Source: Prochlorococcus sp. AG-402-A08
GTDB lineage: Bacteria; Cyanobacteriota; Cyanobacteriia; PCC-6307; Cyanobiaceae
Direction of reading: 5' to 3'
NCBI GenBank assembly: GCA_003279585.1
Contig: QCHH01000005.1
Location: 8,209 to 72,208 of the forward strand
DNA: 64,000 nt
In this document: one piece after another, positions 44,112 to 53,982 of the stretch
Layout: each line of letters begins with the position of its first letter
Numbering within the stretch: position 1 is the first letter of the stretch
The notes under the pieces: generated by a model
The model's input: only the letters and a program-made list of their open reading frames with translations
The model's database searches: none
What the model was told of the DNA's origin: nothing
Translations under genes and position numbers: made by a program

Positions 44112-44378
44112 AGTCAAGAAGGTTCAGAAATTAATAAATTGTTTTGGTAATAGATCTAAATATTGATCATATATCTATTCTTACAGTTAACCTCGAAAAA
44201 AACACTCGCGAAAAACTTGCAGGTAATCAAGATAACAAATGTTTACAATCTTTTTCATTACTTTATTGACTATTTTTTGCAAATTTTTGAAAGTTTTTTT
44301 TCATTACAATAAAATAGAAGGATTTACATAGAAACATTATTCATGAATTAATATTAATCATATTAACCAATAAGAACA

Positions 44379-44810
44379 GTGTCTGATCAAATTGAATTCA
44401 GTTCTTTTTATAGATTATTAAATTCAATAAAGGAAGGTGAATCCGAACAAATACCATTACTCGATGAAAAAATTAATGAATTCAAAATTGGTAATAACTC
44501 GAAAAGTTTTCTTGATGAATTAGGATCTCTATATCTCTCTATAGGTATAACCGAGTTATATAATTTCACGAATACAAAAGATCTCCAAGAAATCGGACTC
44601 ATCGATAAAGAAGGATGGGATAGTTTATCTTCTACAAATCAACAAGAATTACCTGTCTACCTAGCAAATAAAATGATTGAGTACATTAAAGAAAATAAAA
44701 AAGTAAAGGAAATGTCAAATAAGTGGAATATTAAAGAACGTGAAATAAGAAAACATATAACTAAAATGGCAAGATATATAACTGAAGGGCTTATTGATGT
44801 AATTGAATAA
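44379..44810 (+). CDS. hypothetical protein (islet)
   Basis: 143-aa ORF, GTG start, protein-like composition. Confidence 0.75.
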   Translation: MSDQIEFSSFYRLLNSIKEGESEQIPLLDEKINEFKIGNNSKSFLDELGSLYLSIGITELYNFTNTKDLQEIGLIDKEGWDSLSSTNQQELPVYLANKMIEYIKENKKVKEMSNKWNIKEREIRKHITKMARYITEGLIDVIE

Positions 44811-44878
44811 CAGAAGATACAGATTAATACTTTAATATTAACAATCTATTTCATTACTTTCATAGCTTAATAGATAAC

Positions 44879-45058
44879 TTAATAATCATTATCTGCGACA
44901 CAAATACCCAGACATCTTATTCCATTAGTAGAAGTTCTTCCACAATGACTACATAGAACTTTTTCTTGCTGTTCTTTATCTTCATTGTCTTTTTGATTTT
45001 CCCCATTACTGTGTGTCTTTTCAAAAGAAGAATCTTGAAAGCTATTTAATTTATTCAT
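44879..45058 (-). CDS. 59-aa four-Cys microprotein (not in ORF track)
   Basis: MNKLNSFQDSSFEKTHSNGENQKDNEDKEQQEKVLCSHCGRTSTNGIRCLGICVADNDY*. Confidence 0.78.
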   Translation of the reverse strand: MNKLNSFQDSSFEKTHSNGENQKDNEDKEQQEKVLCSHCGRTSTNGIRCLGICVADNDY

Positions 45059-45108
45059 GTAAGATAATCATATTAGTTTTCTTTAATTGAAATAAGATCA
45101 ATGAAGTC

Positions 45109-46080
45109 ATGACTAAGAAAAAAATTGGGATTGGTTTTGGAACTTGGGCGTGGGGAAATAAACTTGTTTGGGGCTACAAAGCTGAAACAGATGATATTTT
45201 ACTGAAAAAAACTTTTTTTGATGCCATATATGGGGGTTTAGATCTTGTTGACACTGCAGATTCATATGGTACTGGAAGTTTATTTGGTCAAAGCGAAAAG
45301 CTGATCGGCGATTTCCTAGAAGAGTTACCCAAGAGAAAGCTCAACAAAGTTACTATCGCAACCAAGCTCGCCCCCTTTCCATGGAGAATTGGTCGCAATG
45401 GCCTCAATAAAGCTTTTCAAGAAAGTAATCAGCGACTGCAAGGAAATATGACGAGAGTTCAGCTGCATTGGAGTACTTATCGCTATGCACCTTGGCAAGA
45501 AGAACAATTACTTAATGGCCTAGGAGATTTATACGAAAAAGGTTTAATTAAAGAAATAGGGCTCTCTAATACTGGTCCAAAAAGACTAGATTTTTTATTC
45601 CAAAAACTTAAAAAAAGAGGTGTTAAAATTAATAGTATACAAATGCAACTTTCTTTACTCACAAAACCATCTTTAGCAGATGAAAATATCAAAAATATAT
45701 GTAATGAGAATAAAATTGAATATTTAGGTTATAGTCCTCTAGGGCTAGGAATCTTAACAGTTCCACCAAATAGTTCTCCCAAGCCTAAAACATTCTTACG
45801 GCAAAAATTATTCCAAAGGATACTTCCCAAAACCATAGAATTGAGAACATTAATAAATAATATTGGTAAAAAGTATTCAGCCTCCCAAGCACAAGTTGCC
45901 TTGAATTGGGTAAGGTCTCATGGAGCCAAACCAATAGTCGGGATTCGTAATCCATATCAAGCTAAAGATGCCATTTCTGCACTAAATTGGTCTTTAACTA
46001 AAAGTGAAAAAGAAAGTTTAGATTTCTGCAGAAATAAATGTCTAGCAAATATGCCTCAAAACCCTTTCTCTAGTCCCTAA
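45109..46080 (+). CDS. aldo/keto reductase
   Basis: GFGTWAWG, DTADSYG, IATK, QLHW, YSPLGLG. Confidence 0.93.
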   Translation: MTKKKIGIGFGTWAWGNKLVWGYKAETDDILLKKTFFDAIYGGLDLVDTADSYGTGSLFGQSEKLIGDFLEELPKRKLNKVTIATKLAPFPWRIGRNGLNKAFQESNQRLQGNMTRVQLHWSTYRYAPWQEEQLLNGLGDLYEKGLIKEIGLSNTGPKRLDFLFQKLKKRGVKINSIQMQLSLLTKPSLADENIKNICNENKIEYLGYSPLGLGILTVPPNSSPKPKTFLRQKLFQRILPKTIELRTLINNIGKKYSASQAQVALNWVRSHGAKPIVGIRNPYQAKDAISALNWSLTKSEKESLDFCRNKCLANMPQNPFSSP

Positions 46081-46087
46081 AAAAAAT

Positions 46088-46720
46088 TCAAGTATCAGGG
46101 CTGACAATAACCTTAATTGAATCTGAGGAAGTAGGCAGACTAATCACTTTCGCTGGTGGAATGGGCTGTGAATTTGCGCTTTGTTCAATTATTTCTTTTT
46201 CAGGCTCTTTTTCATCTTTAGCACAAGCTTCTAATGCTTCTCTCAACAACGAGTCAAAGGTTGCGCCTGGCAATCTATGCCTAGCCACCTCAAGGAATGT
46301 GAGTGGTAAAGACTCTGATGCAGCATCTTTTAAAGCAGGATTATTTTTTCTATGCTCTTGTTCATCCTGAATGGCTCTAATAAATCTTAGAGTGACTTCA
46401 TGCTTAGTCGACGCTTTAATCAAAGTATCGTTATCTCTTTGCCCATTGATTGCTTCTTGCTCTAGATCATTAATTCTACTCTCCAAACTGGTAAGCACTT
46501 CATCAGCTTCTTTCCCAATGTGAGAAAGTTGACCATCAGACAAGTTTGGTAAATCAGCTACATAAACTTTTCCATGATCTCTAAGGGTTAAAAATGTTGG
46601 TCTTGGGCCTACATTTTGTCGCATACTCGAATCTGCTTGACCTCCTAAAGGCTTTCTAGGAGGAGTTGGACCTGCGGAACTTCTCCTTCGCGTTAGACGC
46701 TGTTGATTTTCAAAAGGCAT
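46088..46720 (-). CDS. conserved hypothetical protein
   Basis: RRRSSAGPTPP, PTFLTLRDHGKVYVADLP; 210-aa ORF. Confidence 0.75.
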   Translation of the reverse strand: MPFENQQRLTRRRSSAGPTPPRKPLGGQADSSMRQNVGPRPTFLTLRDHGKVYVADLPNLSDGQLSHIGKEADEVLTSLESRINDLEQEAINGQRDNDTLIKASTKHEVTLRFIRAIQDEQEHRKNNPALKDAASESLPLTFLEVARHRLPGATFDSLLREALEACAKDEKEPEKEIIEQSANSQPIPPAKVISLPTSSDSIKVIVSPDT

Positions 46721-46882
46721 AGAGCTAATTAAGATCTAACTTCGCATTACCCGAACTAATATCCGGCTTGCGTTTTTTTATATCTTACTGTTTTTTTACC
46801 ATTATAGAAAATCTTTTTTAACCTTAATTTAATTTGTTCAAACAAGTGTACTGCGTAGTTTTATAAAACTACGCTTATAACC

Positions 46883-47923
46883 TCACCTAGGTATTCCTAA
46901 GATTTCTATATGCTTGGAATCATTCTGACTTTCAACAACTTCACCTATATTCCAAGCTTCATAATTATTTTTCATACATATTTCTAAAACAGAATTTACT
47001 TTATTTTTAGGAACAATTAGACAAAAACCTATCCCCATATTAAAAGTATTCCAAAGATCAATCTCAGGAATATCTCCAGAGTTTTTTAACCAATAAAAGA
47101 TTTCAGGTATGTCCCATTTAGTTTTATCTATATGTGGCAATAATCCAGAGGGGAAGATTCTAGGGAGATTTTCAGGTAAACCTCCACCTGTGATATGCGT
47201 CATCCCATGGATTGGCAAATTTTCTCTTAGCAATTTCTCAACAAGTTGAACATAAATTGCAGTTGGTTCCAGCAAAGATTTAATCAAGTTCCTTTTATCT
47301 TTCCCATAAAGAGTATTTTCATCAACATTCGCCAAAGAAAGCACTTTACGAACAAGACTAAAACCATTGCTATGAACACCGTTACTTTTAATTCCAATAA
47401 TCTGATCTTCACAATTAATTTGTGTGCCGTCTATTAAATGATGATTCTCAACGATCCCCACACAAAAACCTGCCAGATCATATCTTCCACTGGGATAAAA
47501 ACCTGGCATTTCAGCAGTTTCACCTCCCAAAAGAGAGCAATCCGATTGACCACAACCAGCTGCAATACCTTCTATTACTTCAGCCAAAGCATCAGGAGTC
47601 AAAGTTCCACTTGCTATGTAATCAAGAAAAAATAAAGGTCGAGCACCATTAGTTATTACATCGTTGACGCACATCGCAACCAGATCTATTCCAACTCCAA
47701 AATGACAACCATATTGCTGAGCTAATTCTAATTTTGTACCAACACCATCTGTCCCTGATACCAAGACTGGACTTTCATAGCCTTTTGGAATTCTGATGCA
47801 TCCTCCAAAACCTCCTAATCCCCCTATGACCTCTCTTTTATGAGTTTTTTCAACGCATGATTTAATTCTCTCCACAAAGGCTCTTCCAGCAGTAACATCA
47901 ACTCCCGCAGTTTTGTAATCCAT
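46883..47923 (-). CDS. purM: phosphoribosylformylglycinamidine cyclo-ligase
   Basis: [41 protein letters not shown]. Confidence 0.98.
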   Translation of the reverse strand: MDYKTAGVDVTAGRAFVERIKSCVEKTHKREVIGGLGGFGGCIRIPKGYESPVLVSGTDGVGTKLELAQQYGCHFGVGIDLVAMCVNDVITNGARPLFFLDYIASGTLTPDALAEVIEGIAAGCGQSDCSLLGGETAEMPGFYPSGRYDLAGFCVGIVENHHLIDGTQINCEDQIIGIKSNGVHSNGFSLVRKVLSLANVDENTLYGKDKRNLIKSLLEPTAIYVQLVEKLLRENLPIHGMTHITGGGLPENLPRIFPSGLLPHIDKTKWDIPEIFYWLKNSGDIPEIDLWNTFNMGIGFCLIVPKNKVNSVLEICMKNNYEAWNIGEVVESQNDSKHIEILGIPR

Positions 47924-48045
47924 CAGTAAAAAGCTTTCTTATTCAAATGATTGAACCCTAATATGAAATCTATATGGGATCAGTATGCAATCAACTTATT
48001 TCATTTCAATCATAAGTTTATGAAATTAATTTATTTACGAACATA

Positions 48046-49596
48046 GTGGTACAAAAAATCTTCCAAACTAATGCTGAATTAAAAGATTGGCTGAGTAAAC
48101 AAAATTCAGCAATAATTTTCATCCCTACGATGGGAGGACTTCACCCTGGCCATCAATATTTAATTCAGAAAGCAAAAGAAAAAAAAGCAAAAAAAAACCA
48201 AATTATTCTTGTAAGTATTTTTATCAATCCATTGCAATTTGGAAAGGATGAAGACTACAAAAAATATCCCAGAAATATAAGCAAAGATGCTGTATTAGCT
48301 TTTAATGCTGGAGCAGATGCAATTTGGGCTCCAGATTATGTTGAAGTTTTTCCTGGAGGTGAAAATTCACATTTTAAAATTCAAGTTCCTCAAACATTAC
48401 ATAATCGATTATGCGGAGCAGAGAGGGAAGGACATTTTGATGGAGTTGCAACAGTTATCATTCGTCTCATAAGAATTATTAGACCAGAGAAACTAATCCT
48501 AGGAGAAAAAGACTGGCAACAATTGATTATAATTAGAAAGCTGTTTCAAGAACTATGCATACCTATCAAAATTGAATCCTATTCCACACAAAGAGACCAA
48601 AGTGGATTTGCTCATAGTTCAAGGAATGCTTATCTGAGCGATTCTGAAAAAGTAAATGCTCAATCATTACCAAATGCACTCAGAGCAGCAAAAACAGAAT
48701 TTGAGAAAGAGAAAATAATTAACCTCAACAAAATAGCTTCTAAAATTAAAGAAAACAATTTAAAAATTGAATATCTAAAAGTCGTAGATCCATTTTCATT
48801 AAAAGAAAAAGAAAATTTAAATGGACTGTGCCTTTTAGCAGCAGCGGTAAAATGTGGTTCTACGAGGCTCATTGATCACACTTTTCTTATGCAACGAAAA
48901 CCAATTATTGCAATTGATGGTCCAGCTGGTGCAGGTAAAAGCACAGTAACTAAAGCATTTGCCAAAAAACTTGGTTTTATTTATTTAGATACTGGGGCGA
49001 TGTATCGAGCGGTGACTTGGTTAATAATAAACAATTCGATTAGCCCAAGTGATCAAGCGCAAATCAACAATAACTTGAGAGATTTAAAATTAGAATTTAA
49101 AAATTCAAGCTCGGGTGAGCAAAAAATTTTGATAAATAATATTGACGTAACAGAAAAGATACGATCCCCCGAAGTGACTTCTCTGGTTTCTGAAGTTGCT
49201 AAACAACAATATGTAAGGGAACTACTCACAAAACAACAACAGGTCATTGGAGAGGATGGAGGTTTAGTTGCTGAAGGAAGAGACATTGGCACAGCAGTCT
49301 TTCCTGATGCAGATGTAAAAATCTTTCTAACAGCTACTCCAAAAGAAAGAGCAAAACGAAGATCTATTGATTTAGAAAAAAGAGGTTATGAATACTCAAG
49401 CATTGAAAATCTTGAAAAAGAAATTGAAGAAAGAGATAAGCAAGATAGTGAAAGAAAAATCGCCCCCTTAAAAAAAGCTCATGATGCGGTAGAAATTTGT
49501 ACTGATGGAATGAGTATTGAAGAAGTGTTAGAAGAACTAACTTATATTTTTAGATCAAAAATCCCAGAAGAGGTCTGGGCTACCCCTAATCTATAA
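48046..49596 (+). CDS. panC/cmk: bifunctional pantoate--beta-alanine ligase / cytidylate kinase
   Basis: PTMGGLHPGH, REGHFDGV, GEKDWQQ, RLID then IAIDGPAGAGKST, DTGAMYR, EGRDIGT. Confidence 0.96.
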   Translation: MVQKIFQTNAELKDWLSKQNSAIIFIPTMGGLHPGHQYLIQKAKEKKAKKNQIILVSIFINPLQFGKDEDYKKYPRNISKDAVLAFNAGADAIWAPDYVEVFPGGENSHFKIQVPQTLHNRLCGAEREGHFDGVATVIIRLIRIIRPEKLILGEKDWQQLIIIRKLFQELCIPIKIESYSTQRDQSGFAHSSRNAYLSDSEKVNAQSLPNALRAAKTEFEKEKIINLNKIASKIKENNLKIEYLKVVDPFSLKEKENLNGLCLLAAAVKCGSTRLIDHTFLMQRKPIIAIDGPAGAGKSTVTKAFAKKLGFIYLDTGAMYRAVTWLIINNSISPSDQAQINNNLRDLKLEFKNSSSGEQKILINNIDVTEKIRSPEVTSLVSEVAKQQYVRELLTKQQQVIGEDGGLVAEGRDIGTAVFPDADVKIFLTATPKERAKRRSIDLEKRGYEYSSIENLEKEIEERDKQDSERKIAPLKKAHDAVEICTDGMSIEEVLEELTYIFRSKIPEEVWATPNL

Positions 49597-50059
49597 GGCT
49601 ATTTATTAATTCATCAATAGCATCATTCAACAAATCTAGAACCTTATCAAAGCCATTTTGACCACCATAATAAGGATCAGGGACTTCATCTAATTGAGAT
49701 TTTTTTGAGTAACTTAAAATAAGCTTTATTTTAGAATTTACTGGATTCTTATTATCATTAGTTAATGATTTAACAGCCTCAAGATTATCTTTATCCATAA
49801 CAAGAATCTGATCAAATTGATACAAATCATTTTCTTCTATTTGTCTCGATCTACTAGTAAGTTCAATACCCCTAGATAATGCTGCTGCACGCATTCTTTT
49901 ATCAGGTAGGTTTCCTACATGCCAACTACCAGTTCCTGCGGAATCAACGACAAAAAAATTTTCTAAATCTCTTTCTTTAATTTTTTGATTAAAAATTCCT
50001 TCAGCTGCAGGCGATCGACAAATATTTCCCAAACAAACAAAGAGGATTTTTTGTACCAT
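49586..50059 (-). CDS. low molecular weight protein-tyrosine phosphatase
   Basis: VCLGNICRSP, DSAGT, VPDPYYG. Confidence 0.95.
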   Translation of the reverse strand: MVQKILFVCLGNICRSPAAEGIFNQKIKERDLENFFVVDSAGTGSWHVGNLPDKRMRAAALSRGIELTSRSRQIEENDLYQFDQILVMDKDNLEAVKSLTNDNKNPVNSKIKLILSYSKKSQLDEVPDPYYGGQNGFDKVLDLLNDAIDELINSLID

Positions 50060-50077
50060 TTTTTTAATATCTTTACT

Positions 50078-50854
50078 TTATTTTAGATCAAAAAGAATTT
50101 TGTTTATATAGCTTTCAGTCCATTGCTCCCCAAAAAAGCCTCTTAACATACCTCTTGCAGGATCTTTTTCCGCTCGATATCTCATATATTTTGTCTGACC
50201 ATTTAATAGTTGAAAAGATCTCTCCTGAGAAATCATTTTTGCATCTCTTAATAAATCTACGAAACAATTCAAGTATTCATCAAAAGCAGGTTTAATTATC
50301 TGATTAATTAATTTATCACCTTTTTCTCCCAATGGAATTCTAGACCAAAGAAAAGCTGGAGAAAAGTATTGTCTAGCCTCAGAAGGGATATCACCTCCAG
50401 ACGGAAGTTTAGATTGCCATTTAGCATGTATAGGTTTTAATTTATCCCAAACATATTGAGTATGATTTGTATCGTCTTTTAAAGCAGGTTGAAGATCTAA
50501 TGCAATAAGATGTCCATTTGGAAGTGTTACAAAATCGGCTCCAAAAAAAGGCAAATCATAATTATTTAAAGGTGAAATTACCAAATTCATGACAGAAGTA
50601 ATTTCACCAGCTTGTAAGCAAACGCACCTAGCCTGTCGTATTTTTTTTGTCTTTAAACCCCAGGTTTCCAAAATAACTTTTTTAGGATTAGAACGTGAGC
50701 CAAAAGAAGACTCTCTATAAAGAAAATCATTATCTATTTGATAAGGTCTAGGTTGAAAAATAGAAAATGCCTTAATCGTTTCATCTAAGAAATAAGACCA
50801 ACGCCAATTACAAATTGCAATAGGATCAAGACTATCATTACGTTTACTTTGCAT
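50078..50854 (-). CDS. pebB: phycoerythrobilin:ferredoxin oxidoreductase
   Basis: DLPFFGADFV, ALDLQP, YRAEKDPARGML; follows pebA. Confidence 0.93.
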   Translation of the reverse strand: MQSKRNDSLDPIAICNWRWSYFLDETIKAFSIFQPRPYQIDNDFLYRESSFGSRSNPKKVILETWGLKTKKIRQARCVCLQAGEITSVMNLVISPLNNYDLPFFGADFVTLPNGHLIALDLQPALKDDTNHTQYVWDKLKPIHAKWQSKLPSGGDIPSEARQYFSPAFLWSRIPLGEKGDKLINQIIKPAFDEYLNCFVDLLRDAKMISQERSFQLLNGQTKYMRYRAEKDPARGMLRGFFGEQWTESYINKILFDLK

Positions 50855-50867
50855 TTAAAAAATAAAA

Positions 50868-51584
50868 TTAAGAATTAATATTTTCTAAGCTTAATGGAAA
50901 CAAAAACTCTTTCATATATTTCTCTGACCATTCTTTACCAAAAAAGCTAGAAAATAAACCATGAGCAGGATCTTTTTCAGCACTATACTTGTCATAATCT
51001 ATATGTAATAATTTGACCTCATGAGATTTAATATGGTTTTCATTTGCTTTAGATAAATCAAGATTTACCCAATAATATTTAAGAAAAGAGCTAAAAACTT
51101 TTGGCAAAATTTTCTCAACTTCAAAATTACCACCTTTGCAAAATAAAGCCCATGGAGAGAAGTACTTAGTTGGATCATATATATTACTCTTCATATCAAA
51201 ATTAAACTGATTAAAACATTTTTTAAGGCTTTTCAAGCCATCAAAGTATATATCAAAATATTCTTTATCTTGTACAAGAGGCTGAAAATCAAGAATAGCA
51301 ACTAGCTTTTGTTTTTTTTCAAACCACAAGAGGTCGATACCCATAATTGGCAAATCATTTTGATAATGAGGATAAGCAACTGAATTTAATACTTGCAAAC
51401 GGTCACCTGCGTTCAATCTAGTCACTCTCCATCTACGAAATTCAGGAACATCCCATAACCAGCTATTAAGTTTACAATTGCCATTTTTAGAAACACGTTC
51501 GCAAAATTCATTAGGAACAATCAACTTCTTTCCGCCATGTTCAAGAATATTTCTTGTTAATTCACTTAAAAGGTCATCGAACAT
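50868..51584 (-). CDS. pebA: 15,16-dihydrobiliverdin:ferredoxin oxidoreductase
   Basis: RRWRVTRL, LQVLNSVAYP, MGIDLLWF, LDFQPL, DPAHGLF. Confidence 0.93.
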   Translation of the reverse strand: MFDDLLSELTRNILEHGGKKLIVPNEFCERVSKNGNCKLNSWLWDVPEFRRWRVTRLNAGDRLQVLNSVAYPHYQNDLPIMGIDLLWFEKKQKLVAILDFQPLVQDKEYFDIYFDGLKSLKKCFNQFNFDMKSNIYDPTKYFSPWALFCKGGNFEVEKILPKVFSSFLKYYWVNLDLSKANENHIKSHEVKLLHIDYDKYSAEKDPAHGLFSSFFGKEWSEKYMKEFLFPLSLENINS

Positions 51585-51742
51585 ACAGCATCATCTCCTT
51601 AGAGAAATAATAATTTACTCTCACTTAATGTGATGAAATCAGTTAAAAAGAATAAATACAAAACTTTTATACGGCACTAATAGATATCTTAATAGATACT
51701 GAATATAAATAAAGCGATAACTTGAAGAAAATATTAATTTCA

Positions 51743-52450
51743 TTACTCCGTACTACCTTTTCGCTTTTTATTGGCAAAAAATCTAAATAAAACTTTCCCT
51801 ATAGCAGCAATTAAGTTTCCTTCTAATTCATTGAAAATATCCATATTATATTTAAAAGATCTATTAGCCTCTTCTACAATTGAATCTGCTATCTTTTGAT
51901 CAATCGGAAGATTATCTAAAGTATTTCTATACTTAATTTTAAATTCTTTTTCATCTCTGATTTCCTCAAAAACATAGAAACTAAGCCCCTCATCATCAGG
52001 TAGATTCATAGCTTTTTTAGTGATGGTTTTCAAAAGCTGTCCACCAGACAAGTCACCTATATATCTGCTGTAATGATGCCCAATTAAAAGTTCAGGATTA
52101 TCTTTGGCGATTTCTCTAATTCTTGCTTCATATTCAATGGCTGGCTTAGAGGGTTTTAGCAATTCAGGCCAACTACTACCAAAGTAAAACAACAAGTCTT
52201 GTTCCAATTTTTTCTTGCGAGAAAGCTCTTTAAATCCAATTGGAGAAATTATAGGATGAGAGTTTGCACAAAGTTTTCCTATCTCTTCCTCCATAGCAGA
52301 ATAAACAAAATATAAATCAGCTAATAATTTTCTGTATGAGGATTTATCAACTACTCCTTTAAGAAAACAACTTATAAAACCTGTATTTTCAGCCATCGTA
52401 TGAGACTTTTTGGTCCCTTCACGAAGTTGCCTAGCTAAGGCTACTGCCAT
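51743..52450 (-). CDS. ho1: heme oxygenase
   Basis: LREGTKKSHTMAEN, YSRYIGDLSGGQ, EEANRSF. Confidence 0.96.
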   Translation of the reverse strand: MAVALARQLREGTKKSHTMAENTGFISCFLKGVVDKSSYRKLLADLYFVYSAMEEEIGKLCANSHPIISPIGFKELSRKKKLEQDLLFYFGSSWPELLKPSKPAIEYEARIREIAKDNPELLIGHHYSRYIGDLSGGQLLKTITKKAMNLPDDEGLSFYVFEEIRDEKEFKIKYRNTLDNLPIDQKIADSIVEEANRSFKYNMDIFNELEGNLIAAIGKVLFRFFANKKRKGSTE

Positions 52451-52529
52451 GAGTTCAAAATCATTTAATCAAAACTTACCACTTAGACATAAGCTCAACA
52501 TTAGATCTATTAATCGCTGAATAAAAATT

Positions 52530-53954
52530 ATGACAAATTTTGAAAAGCTCACTACTCCATCAAAAGGCCAAAGAATTACTTTTGTTGATGGAACCCCAGT
52601 AGTCCCAGACCATCCAATCATTCCGTTTATCAGAGGTGATGGAACAGGGATAGATATTTGGCCTGCTACACAATTAGTAATCGATAAAGCTATTGAAAAA
52701 GCATATGGGAAAAATCGATCCATTGAATGGTTCAAAATCTATGCAGGTGATGAAGCTTGCGACTTATATGGAACTTATCAATACTTACCAAATGACACTC
52801 TGGAGGCGATAAGAACATACGGGATAGCAATCAAAGGACCTTTAACCACGCCTGTAGGAGGAGGGATTAGATCTTTAAACGTATCTCTAAGACAGATTTT
52901 TGATTTATATTCATGCGTTAGACCTTGCAAATATTACGAAGGGACTCCAAGCCCGCATAAAAAGCCGCAAGATTTAGATGTAATTGTTTATCGAGAAAAT
53001 ACTGAAGATATTTATATGGGCATTGAATGGGAATCTGATGATCCCGAATGCATCAAATTGATTGATCAACTCAATAATGAAATAATTCCAGCCAGCCAAA
53101 AACTAAAAAACAGAAAGATTCCTAACGGAGCAGGAATAGGAATTAAACCGGTTAGCAAAAGTGGTAGTCAAAGACATATCAGACGAGCGATTAAACATGC
53201 TCTCAAGCTTGAGGGAAGCAAAAGACATGTGACCTTAGTTCATAAGGGAAACATCATGAAATTTACTGAAGGAGCTTTCAGAGATTGGGGATACGAATTA
53301 GCAACCACAGAATTCAGGAATGAATGCATAACCGAGAGAGAAAGTTGGATTTTAGATAACTTAGAAAAAAATCCTCGCATTTCTTACGAGGAGAATGCTC
53401 AGTTGATTGATCCAGGTTTTTCATCTTTAACGGAAGAGAAAAAGAAAGCTATATGTGATGAAGTTTGTTCAGTTCTCACAAACATTGGAAGTAGTCATGG
53501 AAATGGAAAATGGAAGGATATGGTGATGGTTGATGATCGAATAGCAGATAGTATTTTCCAACAAATCCAAACTCGTCCCCAAGAGTATTCCATCCTTGCC
53601 ACTCTCAATCTAAATGGTGATTACATATCAGATGCTGCCGCAGCAATTGTTGGTGGATTGGGGATGGCACCAGGAGCCAACATTGGAGATATGGCGGCTA
53701 TTTTCGAAGCCACCCATGGAACCGCCCCCAAACATGCAGGCTTGGACAGAATCAACCCAGGTTCAGTAATACTTAGTGGAGTAATGATGCTGGAATATTT
53801 AGGTTGGAATGAGGCAGCAAAATTAATTACAAATGGATTGAGCAAGTCTATTTCAGATAAACAAGTTACTTATGATCTGGCACGATTAATGGAACCACCA
53901 GTAGAACCTCTCAGTTGTAGTGATTTTGCTAAGTCAATTATTGAAAGATTTTAA
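52530..53954 (+). CDS. icd: NADP-dependent isocitrate dehydrogenase
   Basis: GDGTGIDI, IKGPLTTP, RENTED, VHKGNIMKFTEG, NLNGDY, EATHGTAPK. Confidence 0.98.
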   Translation: MTNFEKLTTPSKGQRITFVDGTPVVPDHPIIPFIRGDGTGIDIWPATQLVIDKAIEKAYGKNRSIEWFKIYAGDEACDLYGTYQYLPNDTLEAIRTYGIAIKGPLTTPVGGGIRSLNVSLRQIFDLYSCVRPCKYYEGTPSPHKKPQDLDVIVYRENTEDIYMGIEWESDDPECIKLIDQLNNEIIPASQKLKNRKIPNGAGIGIKPVSKSGSQRHIRRAIKHALKLEGSKRHVTLVHKGNIMKFTEGAFRDWGYELATTEFRNECITERESWILDNLEKNPRISYEENAQLIDPGFSSLTEEKKKAICDEVCSVLTNIGSSHGNGKWKDMVMVDDRIADSIFQQIQTRPQEYSILATLNLNGDYISDAAAAIVGGLGMAPGANIGDMAAIFEATHGTAPKHAGLDRINPGSVILSGVMMLEYLGWNEAAKLITNGLSKSISDKQVTYDLARLMEPPVEPLSCSDFAKSIIERF

Positions 53955-53982
53955 TTAAATATTGTTTAAAGTCTTTAAATAA

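Noticed and set aside
44335-44349. 15-mer CATTATTCATGAATT shared with the reverse complement of 56562-56576
   Set aside because: Chance matches of this length are plausible in very AT-rich intergenic DNA
48046-49596. PanC-Cmk fusion as a novelty
   Set aside because: Well-known cyanobacterial fusion
52469-52735. 88-aa minus ORF upstream of ho1
   Set aside because: Antisense shadow of the icd N-terminus
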